Source: Azolla caroliniana (Eukaryota > Plantae > Polypodiophyta). Taken from it: 64,000 nucleotides of DNA. The stretch covers positions 9,176,001 through 9,240,000 of the forward strand of contig JBHGNT010000005.1 in assembly GCA_043228905.1 (NCBI GenBank), read 5' to 3'. Made by a program: the position numbers and the translations under genes. The notes under the pieces are model-generated. The model saw only the letters and a list, made by a program, of their open reading frames with translations, was not told the DNA's origin and ran no database searches. Below, piece after piece: positions 38,429-48,922 of the stretch (positions are counted from its first letter, which is position 1; every line of letters starts with the position of its first letter).

Positions 38429-41400
38429 GTCCGGCCAAAATAGGAGCCATTTGGTTGGACCATCCTAATTATGTAGAGTCAGTACCTAGTTGTGGTTCCA
38501 TTTCATCAAATCAAGTTAGTAGAGTTTTTTCTGCACAAGTCGAGCTTAGCACATCTACAGGTCATCGCGCCCTAGCCTCTGCCCTCCTAGATTCCGGAGC
38601 CAATTCTTGTTTCATGGATCGCGAGTTTGCATTGACTCAAAACATCATCTTGAAAAAACTCCCAAACCCAGTAGCTGTAGGAGTCATCGATGGTCGCCCT
38701 ATAGCATCAGGAGATATAGTCGAAGAGTCTGAACCAATTCGTGTAGTCCTAGGTAATTTGGCTAGTGTCATCTCATTTAACATCATTAGTAGTCCGGAGC
38801 ACTCTCTAGTTCTTGGTCTTCCTTGGTTTGAGTTACATAACCCAACCATTGATTGGAGAAAAAGAACTATTGAAGAGGTCACCGTACAATCCAAGTCTCT
38901 TGAAGCTCCAACTAAGGATCTAGGATCCCCCACAATTTCAACAATCTCTATACATCAATTACGAGAGGATGGAAGAAAGGAAGACATGATGGTATTTGCG
39001 GTTTTAGCAACTCCCTCATCTAGCTCACAAGAATTGGGGGTCCAACTACCAAAGAAGTACATAGAATTCTCCGATGTGTTCGATAAGGTGAAGGCTAATA
39101 GACTACCAGAGCATCGACCATATGATTGCCCAATTGATTTGCAGCCAGGAAAAGAGCCTCCATGGGGACCAATTTATAATCTTTCGCCCACGGAGTTAGA
39201 GGTTCTTCGAGAATATATCGATGAGAACTTGGCAAATGGTTTTATCCAACATTCAAAATCTCCTGCTGGTGCACCCATCTTTTTCGTTAAGAAGAAAGAT
39301 GGTACGCTTCGTATGGTCGTGGATTATCGAGGCTTGAATAAAGTGACCGTTAGAAACCGATATGCTCTCCCATTGATCTCAAGCCTTCTAGAACGCCTCA
39401 GTGAAGCAAAGTATTTCACGAAGTTAGATCTTCGAGGTGCCTACAACCTTGTTCGAATTCGTCCTGGGGATGAATGGAAGACGGCGTTCCGCACTCGCTA
39501 TGGTCATTTTGAGTACACAGTGATGCCTTTTGGCCTCACGAATGCACCAGCAGTCTTCCAACATATGGCGAATGATATTTTTCGAGACTTCCTCGATATC
39601 TTCATCATTGTTTACCTGGATGATATCTTGATCTACTCAAAAACTCAAGAAGAACATGATATACATGTTCGCCAAGTTTTGCAACGGCTACGAGAGTATG
39701 GTCTCTATGCAAAATTGGAGAAGTGTAGTTTCGACCAATGTCAAGTGGAGTTTTTGGGGTACATAGTCTCTTCAAATGGCATCTCTATGGATCCATCAAA
39801 GGTTCAAACAATTTTGGATTGGCAAACACCACAGTCCGTGCGAGATGTGCAATGTTTTTTGGGGTTCGCAAACTTTTATCGCAAGTTCATCAAAGATTAT
39901 TCAAAAATTGTGTTGCCCCTCACTCAACTGACGCACAAGAATCGACCATTTGTATGGAGTATAGATGCGAACTCTGCATTTGAGGGTTTAAAGCAAGCAT
40001 TTACATCCGCACCAATCTTAATCCATGTCGATCCAGTGAGGCGCTTTATACTTGAAGCTGATGCATCGGATTTCGCACTCGGAAGTGTACTATCCCAAAT
40101 TGGTGATGATGGTGAACTGCACCCGGTGGCTTTTCACTCACGAAAATTTGAAGCCGCAGAAATCAACTATGAGATTCACGACAAAGAGCTTCTTGCCATT
40201 GTGGATTCTTTTCAACAATGGCGTCATTTTCTGGAGGGTTCTTCTCAGCAGATTATTGTCTACAATGATCATAAAAATCTAACATACTTTCAAAGTGCTC
40301 GAGTCTTGAATCGACGACAAGCTCGTTGGGCGCAGTTCTTAACTCGTTTCGATTTTGTAATTCTATATCGCCCTGGGATGCAACAAGGAAAAGCAGATGC
40401 TTTATCTAGACGTTCGTATATGGAACTTCAACCTGGAGAGGCCGCATTTGAAAGCCAAAAGAAAATCCTCTTAGGTCCTGATCGTCTACGAATAATGGCA
40501 ATGCATACCATCAACACACCGGGAGATTCAAGGCTTCTTGATTCCATTCGTGAGCAGATTGCGACTGATGTGTTCGCCCAAGAGGTTTTGAGCCATATTA
40601 TCCCAAATCGTGCATCTAGCTCCCAAACTCAAAATCCTCGTCTAGACTACACCCAGTTTAGTTGGCATGATGGGTTACTTTTTCGACAAACTCTCTTGTA
40701 TGTGCCTGACGGTCCTTCTCGACTCAAAGTCATGCAACAATGTCATGACACACCAATGGCGGGACACTTCGGCATCCACAAGACTTTTGAGTTGATTTCT
40801 CGCCGATATTGGTGGCCACGGCTTCGCCATTTTGTTACGGATTATGTTCGTAGCTGTGATACATGTTGCCGATCAAAAAAGCCTCGACATCATCCATATG
40901 GCTTATTACAGCCAATGCCTATTCCGGAGAGCCCATGGAAATCTATTTCCTTGGACTTTATTACGGATCTTCCACCTTCCAAGGGATTTGATTCAATTCT
41001 CACGGTTGTCGATCGTTTTACGAAGATGGCACATTTCCTTCCATGCACAAAGACCATTACTAGTCAAGAGACAGCTGATTTACTCATGCGGGAGGTGTTT
41101 CGCCATCATGGTCTTCCGGATGATATTATCAGTGATCGGGGTCCCCAATTCATCTCGAAATTTTGGCGGCACATGTTCAAACTCTTACATACTTCTTGTA
41201 AACTCTCTTCCGGCTACCATCCAGAGACTAATGGGCAGAGTGAGCGCACCAACCAAACAGTCGAACAATATCTACGTTGTTTTGTCAACTATCAACAAGA
41301 TGATTGGGTGGATTTACTACCTTTGGCAGAATTTGCTTATAACAACTCCGAGCATTCTTCTACTGGATATTCCCCATTTTTTGCAAACATTGGGTACCAT

Positions 41401-42063
41401 CCTCGTTGGACGATGCTTGAACATCCTGAACTCCCAAAAAACCCAGCTGCTGAAGATCGGCTCACTCGACTCCAAGAAGTTCAGGATATGCTTTTGCATC
41501 ATTTATGTGAAGCCCAAAACACTCAAAAGAAGATTCCTGACCGTCATCGGCGTGATTCATCGACTACATTTCAAGTAGGCGATCGTGTATGGCTCTTACA
41601 AGGTAGCATTAAAACGACCCGACCTTGCTACAAATTGGATTATCAACGTTTTGGCCCATATTTCATAAGTGGTAAGATCAATGATGTGATATTTCGTCTT
41701 AATCTTCCTCCTCATATGCGTCTTCACCCGGTCTTCCATGTTTCACTTTTGGAGCCCTACACAACGAGCTCTATTCCGGGTCGTGTTACACCTCCCCCAC
41801 CTCCAATTGACGTTTCCAATGGCTCTGAATATGAGGTTGCCGCTATCCTCGACTCCAAGATCATTCGCAACAAACTATTCTACTTGGTTGATTGGTTAGG
41901 CTATACACCTAATGATCGAACATGGGAGCCTGCCGAACATCTTGCCAATGCCTCCGACATGGTTGTTGCATTTCACAACCAATATCCTCATAAACCAAGT
42001 CTGAACTCTTTTCTTCCGACTCGTGCAACTCGTCATCGAAAAAAAGGGGGGATAATGTCATGA
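38419..42063 (+). CDS. pol: Pol (PR-RT-RH-IN-chromodomain) in the -1 frame relative to gag
   Basis: LLDSGA, VYLDD, EADASD, HHCC zinc finger, SLDFITDLP, SDRGPQF, FGPY; chromodomain EYEVAAILDS..YLVDWLGY..RTWEP. Stop codon lies inside the 3' LTR. Confidence 0.95.
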   Translation, partial: KRISPAKIGAIWLDHPNYVESVPSCGSISSNQVSRVFSAQVELSTSTGHRALASALLDSGANSCFMDREFALTQNIILKKLPNPVAVGVIDGRPIASGDIVEESEPIRVVLGNLASVISFNIISSPEHSLVLGLPWFELHNPTIDWRKRTIEEVTVQSKSLEAPTKDLGSPTISTISIHQLREDGRKEDMMVFAVLATPSSSSQELGVQLPKKYIEFSDVFDKVKANRLPEHRPYDCPIDLQPGKEPPWGPIYNLSPTELEVLREYIDENLANGFIQHSKSPAGAPIFFVKKKDGTLRMVVDYRGLNKVTVRNRYALPLISSLLERLSEAKYFTKLDLRGAYNLVRIRPGDEWKTAFRTRYGHFEYTVMPFGLTNAPAVFQHMANDIFRDFLDIFIIVYLDDILIYSKTQEEHDIHVRQVLQRLREYGLYAKLEKCSFDQCQVEFLGYIVSSNGISMDPSKVQTILDWQTPQSVRDVQCFLGFANFYRKFIKDYSKIVLPLTQLTHKNRPFVWSIDANSAFEGLKQAFTSAPILIHVDPVRRFILEADASDFALGSVLSQIGDDGELHPVAFHSRKFEAAEINYEIHDKELLAIVDSFQQWRHFLEGSSQQIIVYNDHKNLTYFQSARVLNRRQARWAQFLTRFDFVILYRPGMQQGKADALSRRSYMELQPGEAAFESQKKILLGPDRLRIMAMHTINTPGDSRLLDSIREQIATDVFAQEVLSHIIPNRASSSQTQNPRLDYTQFSWHDGLLFRQTLLYVPDGPSRLKVMQQCHDTPMAGHFGIHKTFELISRRYWWPRLRHFVTDYVRSCDTCCRSKKPRHHPYGLLQPMPIPESPWKSISLDFITDLPPSKGFDSILTVVDRFTKMAHFLPCTKTITSQETADLLMREVFRHHGLPDDIISDRGPQFISKFWRHMFKLLHTSCKLSSGYHPETNGQSERTNQTVEQYLRCFVNYQQDDWVDLLPLAEFAYNNSEHSSTGYSPFFANIGYHPRWTMLEHPELPKNPAAEDRLTRLQEVQDMLLHHLCEAQNTQKKIPDRHRRDSSTTFQVGDRVWLLQGSIKTTRPCYKLDYQRFGPYFISGKINDVIFRLNLPPHMRLHPVFHVSLLEPYTTSSIPGRVTPPPPPIDVSNGSEYEVAAILDSKIIRNKLFYLVDWLGYTPNDRTWEPAEHLANASDMVVAFHNQYPHKPSLNSFLPTRATRHRKKGGIMS

Positions 42064-44134
42064 AGACATACATCTTGGCTTATCATGACATTCATCTTGG
42101 CGAACCAGGAATCGAACCCATAACCTCTTGGTTTACATATTGTACTTTAACCATTGTAATAACATATGTGAGATGTAATCATAATAATTATATGTTTAGT
42201 TATTACGAGATATTTAGAACATTCTAGATTATTCTAGAATGTTCTTGAATATTTCATGATTATATTTATTATTATTATTATTCATAAATATCTAAAATAT
42301 TCTAGAACATTCTAGAATACTCCATAAGGGCCTATAAATAAGAGTCCATACACTCATCACAACTCATTCGGTTCAACACCAGTCTTTAGCCCTTAGCCTA
42401 CTCCTTGTAATCTTCTTCCTCATAATATAATCTCATTCCCATTTCTTATCTCTCACGTATACTTTTCTCTCTCTCGCACTCTCTCCCTCTTTCACTCTCT
42501 TTTGCTATCACTATCGCTATCTCTACCGCTCTCGCCATCTCTATCGTTATCGTTATCTCTATCGCCATCGCTCTCTCTCTGCTTCCTACTCTAGAGTCAC
42601 GACAGTTTGAACCGAATTATTCCCTTATTGACATCATCAATATCGATACATGTAGTGCATGGAGTTTCAATTTTCTCAACCATAGGAGCCACACCTTCAT
42701 GCATATATAATCTTTGTACATAGTCTAGCATCTCTTCATTTGTAAAATGACCTTTCACATCTTCTTTCTTACCCTTGAGTTGTCCTCATGCTAATTTTGG
42801 TTTGAGCTTAAACAAGTTTTTCTTTTTCATCTCTTGCATTTGGAAATATCTTCTTTTCTTTCTCCTCACTACTTTCTTAAATATGTGCCATGCAACAATC
42901 TTTTCATTCCCCCCTTCTATGGACTTAAACCATTTGAGATACATCTTACATTCATCGTCGAACCAAGAATTACATGGAAAACTACACACCTTATGCCCAC
43001 CCACATGTCTCTTAAAGCATTGATATCCAACCTTAAGGATTATATCCTTCAAATGTTGCCAATTTTCTTTAACATCGTTGCTTAGAGAAAAATTTAACAA
43101 ATGGTTTTTCACTTCATTTGCATACATCTTAGCTTTTTCGTAACAAGGTCGGATGATACATCTCTTTTCGTCTTTCACTTCACGACATCTAGTGGAATGT
43201 GGAATTGCAAGCTCTATGTACAATGGCTTGTGGTCTAAGTCCGGAGATAGAGAACCAACTTTAAACACATTCACCAATGATAGATCACATGCCAACATTA
43301 ATGCATAATCAACCACACTTCCTCCACCCGAGGATGGTAAACATGTGAGCACATTTGTCAATGGGAATGCCTTTATATCATTTAGGATAATCAAGTTTGT
43401 GCAATTTAGCATATGTATCAAAAGTTTTCCATAATCTGACATGACACAATCCTCTGCCTCACGCAATAGACAATGTTCTACTACATTTTCTTCAAATGTC
43501 TCCATGTTTTGGAAATTTCCAACTCTTGCATTGAAGTCTCCCATAATTAAAACTTTACCAAGCTTCTCAAATGAAAGTATATTATGGCATAACTCTGTAA
43601 AAGGATCATCACAATCAGTAGTTTGAGTCTTTGTGAGGAATGTAACATGCAACTATATACAACTTCTCTTTCCCCAAATTAACCTCTATCCATATGTATC
43701 TCCTATAGTCATCATATTTGCATACTTTGATAGAATTATCTAAGCTCACATGGTAGATACATACTATCCCGACACGCCCAATATTCCCTTTGGAGTGAGG
43801 CCATATCGATTTTATGAGGTAACCGTCTATCTTAGGTTATACATTTTGCCTCATGCTCCCATGTTTCAGCCAAAAATATAATATCCATACCTTGAGCTAC
43901 ATCATTGAGTCCTAAACCCTTATTCCATGGATATCCTCTACAATTCCAAAACATTACTTTCAATCGTGAAGCACTTATAGTCCCATAGGTCATTGCTTGC
44001 TATGCATTTTGATTTGCTTTCCGAGATGCATATGCTTGCCTTCTACGTTCTTGCTCTTGTGGAGTTCTATCCTCCATTACAAAATAACTTGTCCCTTTTA
44101 AGTACACCTTACTACTATCTAGAATCATTGCCCT

Positions 44135-46185
44135 TTTATGTTCATCGAGGATTGTACAAACAATAGCTCAAGATGTCTTTCCCTCTTGTTGCTTTTTGCC
44201 AACCTGATGTGCGGCATATACAATAACATCTCGCATAGCAAAGTGATCCTCAAAGAATTTCGTAATATTTTAAAAGAGAAAATATGAATGGGCATCTTGG
44301 AGCCCTCCAATGCTCCTTATAGAAGTGGATGGTTCACATTCCAAAAGAAGGATGGGAGACTCAATTTTATATAAGACATGTTGCAAGGAAATCGAGTCAC
44401 CATTCAAAATTTTGGCATGGGACCCATAACGATGAATTTATAGAAATGTTCATTGAAAGAGCTATATAGTTGATGGGTCATCTCTACTCAAGATGTCACC
44501 AATTCCAGCTCACAATTGTTAGCCAAGACATCACCTCAATTAAGACTCCAATAAGACTATTATGACTTTTTTAGAGGATATACCTATTAAAGGTTGTGAG
44601 AAAAGGGTTAAGGACGAAGAGTTTGATTGATCGACAAGCGAAAATTTGTCAGTGATCACATAACGAATTCTAAAAAATTGTTGAAAAGACTAGAAGAAGT
44701 CCATTTCATGTTGTTTAGTCCAAAATCAATATTCAATGTTCAAAAGGTATTATTGATGGGACATATTTGCGAGCCATACAGAAGAAAGCCAAGTCCATCA
44801 ATATTAATTGCAATTCTGAGTATGAAGGAAGAATGTGTAAATGTGTCGAGGGTACGTACGAAGGTTTTTGTGCACATGTGTGTTTTATTGTAGATGGATT
44901 TTGCCTTATGCCCACATCACCAGCCTATTGTACCAACTATTACAAAAAGGAGAAGCATTCATGTGGATAGAAGAACACATAAATGCAATAAAATAATTAA
45001 AGGATTAGGCTAAGGCTCTAACACTAAAGGAACATGTTTACACCAGATTGATGATTCTCATAGTTTGTTCAAATCCAATCAAGATTGGATAGGTGATAAG
45101 TCAATAAGATGATGAAAGGGAAAGATATCCAATGGTTCCTAGAAACAGAAAAATATGGTCAAGAGATCAAAGAAATTTATATAAACATATGAGAGCGTCA
45201 TGGAAGGAACAAAGTTGGACAAGGAAGAACTTCTCAAACTTTAGAAAGAAGGCTCAAAAATCATCCTACATCAAAGGCAATTGTGAAAGTCCTCAAATTT
45301 CAAATTAAGAAATCCACAATGAGTTATTTGTAAACAAGAGCAATAAGAACAGATATTACAAGAGGGACATGATAGGGTTCTATAATGACATGAAGAGGTA
45401 CATTGATACTAACCAAACTTGTCAATTTTATTCAAATATCAAACATAGAGAAGAGCTAAACCAAACCAATTCGCCAAGTGTACATTTTTACAAGATGACA
45501 CTATGCTTACACGGTTTGGGCAACAAAAGTACTTAGTACTAATCAGGGAAGACCTCACAAATCAAGTGGAGGGTAGAGCACTAAGGTTGAAGACTACATG
45601 AGTAGTTTCTAGATATGTGTGTGTCTATGAAAAGTAGTGGTTGATAGAGGAGAGGTTAATTATGATAAAGCCTAGGAGTTCTTTTAGAAAATTGGTGTTG
45701 GCAACAACATATAATCTAAAGTTAGAAAAATAGAAAGAGGGCATGGATTAATAGTTAAAGCTTTAACAAAAGCTTTTAAAGGTCATGCAAGTAATTGGCC
45801 AAAGATCCATTTGCCTTATGGGCTGATACAACACATACTTTTGTAATAGGGTGTATGGTAATAGACTCACAAATCAAATCCGACAACTTGAATGTAAATT
45901 TGAAGATGTATAAAGGGCAACAAGGAAACTAAAAGAAGCACGGATGAAGCAGAAAGAAAGTTTTGATACAATAAAAAGAATAAGGGCACAAAAAATTCAA
46001 GACCAAGGTTGGGTATTGATGCTAGACAGTAGCCTGGACAACTAGTATAGTACTGATAGGAAGTTTGCAAAAAGGTCATTTGAGCCTTACGAAGTAAGCA
46101 AGGTTACATACAAAAGCAGGTCCTACTACCTTAACAAGTTAGATGGAATCAAGATATAGACTCCAATTGCAAGCAAGAATTAAAG
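44135..46185 (+). pseudogene. Highly decayed pol (RT, RH, IN) of the B/D gypsy family
   Basis: Relics such as FLEDIPIKGC and REDLTNQVEGRAL, colinear with 51650-53510; many stops. Confidence 0.65.
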
Positions 46186-46189
46186 TGTC

Positions 46190-46332
46190 GACAATGGTTT
46201 GGCTCAAACCTAAACCGAACCGTTAAACCATTATTAAATGGTTAGGTGGTTCGGTTCGGTTTTGTTCAAGCTTGAATAATCAATCAAAGCTCGATTCACT
46301 TTGGCTTGAGCCATGCTACTTTTCAATTGATA

Positions 46333-46416
<84 letters not shown>

Positions 46417-46594
46417 AAGGTGCCACATCCCTCTTGTCCCAAAAATTGAGAGGAAAAAAGAAACCAAAAATATCAATAATTGATTTAAGGTTCAGTTTGT
46501 TTGGCTAACCACAAGGTTCGGCTCGGTTCAAGTTTAACCTTCCTTAAATAGTGTCAAACCGATTAAGCTAAAACCGAATTGTTCCCAATTCCTA
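46190..46594. mobile_element. MITE-like remnant with AACCG/CGGTT motifs and a (TG)n(AG)n microsatellite
   Basis: Repeated aaccg/ggttcgg motifs; ends ttcccaattccta (hAT-like terminus); only one end visible. Confidence 0.4.
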
Positions 46595-48922
46595 GCAAAA
46601 GGATAAAGATTTTTAAGAAGAGGGAAGTTCCTAAACTTGACTTGACAAAACATGTTGAGAATAGCTTTGAAGAACGAGATGAGTGAACTTGGAAGCATCT
46701 CAATATTGGGAACTCTACCACACGGTCATGGGTAAGGACTGTCCCCTTGCATGGAAGCGACTACGGGAACCGAGACCACAAACACCCATTCAGGATACCA
46801 ACACTTGGCACACAGATACAAAGAGACTCTACCATGTCCTGAACCAACCACCCATTCCAATGCCTTCCACACCTCGACCTACCGTGGGGACACTTTTTAC
46901 GACCTCTAGGGTCATGAAGGTCATAAAAAATTTACAACACAGGAAATCCATGGACCACACAGGATTGCGAGCCGAACACATCATATATGCTCAAGAGTGC
47001 CTAGCCCCTGTTTTCCACCACAATGGACCATGAACATAGTGGCCCCTATACATAAAAGAGGGGACCCAATGGACCCAAATACATATAGGACCATTATGAT
47101 AGTTCATACGCTCGTTAAACTATATGGTGCAGTAATGGAAGCAGAGCTTGGCGATTATAAGGAAACCTTAAGTCTTCGAGCACCTGTAGCATGCTCGATT
47201 TAGGCGAGCCTTCTCCACTATTGACCATATCTTCACATGTAGATGCTTAATTGACTAGACGAAGGTTCGCAAGAAGAAACTATATTGTTGCTTTGTGGAC
47301 TTCCGCAAAGCCTCTGACACAGTTCCTAGGGAGCGGTTCTTTGATAGGCTTAAAAGCTTGGAGATACCAAATGACATGATTTGCGCCATCTATGCTCTAT
47401 ATGAGCAAGTTTCTAGGTGCGTAAGATGCCCATGTCGCCTATCTAATTGCTTCACTAGCACCATTGGTGTAAAACAGGGTTGCCCCCTATCACCGACTCT
47501 TTTTGGATCTACATTAATGAGATCACTGATTTTATTGCTCGTAAGGGAGGCAACGGAGTAGCCATTGGGGGTACACAAGTTAGTCTCTTACTCTACGCAG
47601 ATGACATCGTCTTGCTCTCGGAGTCTAAACACGACCTACAAAAGCATCTTAATGCCCTAGATGAATTTTGCACGCAACGAGGACTGGTAGTGAATCTAAC
47701 GAAAACGAAAGTCCTTACCTTTCATATCTCATCTCGAGTGAGGAGTAAATGTCACCTAATCCTCTCTCATAAACCAGTTGAGGTAGTTCGATCATATGTA
47801 TATCTGGGAGTCCCTTTTATTTCTCATTTAGGTAAATTCTCAATGACCGAGGCAGCCAAAGATAGGCTAACGAGAGGGTATGCATCCCTATCACTCTTAG
47901 AGAGACAATTCCACCACGCATACTTTCAAGAGCCACGGACTAAGGGATGGCTCTTTGACTCATTAGTGAGCCCTTCCCTCATGTATGCATCAATAGTATG
48001 GGCTGACGCGAAATATGCAGAATATTACTCGACCACAGCCGAGTCTCAGATTGTGTCGTTTAGAATCGAAACACCGAGAATGGGAATGGAGGGTAAATAC
48101 ACGTTGTCGTAGTGTAATTCGGACACTACGTGAAAATTACATTTTTGTCCCTTTGGATGGAGCCGGATAAAGAAGGCCTTTCGGTAAGGACCGAAACCGG
48201 TAAGGAGACCCGGCAAGAGCCGGATGAAGAAGGCCGGTGAGACCGGATGAAGAGACATATTTGTAAATAGCAAAAAGTATAAAAATATATATTACATGCA
48301 TAGGGCAAGATTCAAACCTTGTACCTCCATGATAATAATGTTAAGCCTTACCACTATACTAACATATTATGAATTTTAAAGTTATACTAAACTTTATCCC
48401 ATGTAAACCTTCTAGATATGCATGGTACAAAAAGTTATTCATGCATACACACTCGAGTTAAAAAGAAAAAAAGATGGGATAGAAAGCTAATCATGCACAT
48501 GCAGTGTGCATGAAAACTAAAGTTAGGAAAAGCATGATGCTTGCATGGGATAAACTTAGACTCTTCCAACAATATATAAGGAAGAGAAGAAGATGTATAG
48601 TGGTTGTTGATTATTTTACAAGGGTTCATTAATATAATATATTAGTGGGATTCACGAATTTGCTAACTATTTTTCTCTCTTAATCTAAGTACTCACTAAT
48701 ATACTATACTCGTGGGATTCACGAGTTTTTCATATCTTTCTTTCTTACAACATATTTCATATTCTTCATTGCCTTCGAATTTTCTTTTCTCCTAGTCCAA
48801 AACCTCAGTGGTTCCCACCCGACTCACGCAAACAATCCGGCGCCGAAAGGCACGACACAAGTGGTGAACCCGACGTGAACACGGGTGGCAAGGAGATGGA
48901 AAATTAACCGGAGGCTAACAAC

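Larger units (their letters stand above)
36610..42604 (+). mobile_element. Tcn1-like chromovirus 1, coding-intact
   Basis: LTRs 36610-37215 (606 bp, including a 57-bp duplication) and 42056-42604 (549 bp), near identical, TGTCA...CGACA. PPT aaaaaaaggggggataa. No TSD found. Confidence 0.97.
34572..44130 (-). mobile_element. Non-LTR retrotransposon (RTE/RTE-X-like): ORF1 end, ORF2 with APE, RT and CCHC; interrupted by a chromovirus
   Basis: ORF2 starts ~43993 (VMFWNCRG); APE GDFNAR, SVVDY, DHKPL; RT QAGFR, FVDFKKAFD, GVKQGCPLSP, FKYLG; CKVC..EDECHLLFTC; 3' tail (TTCTAA)3. Clade is an inference. Confidence 0.9.
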
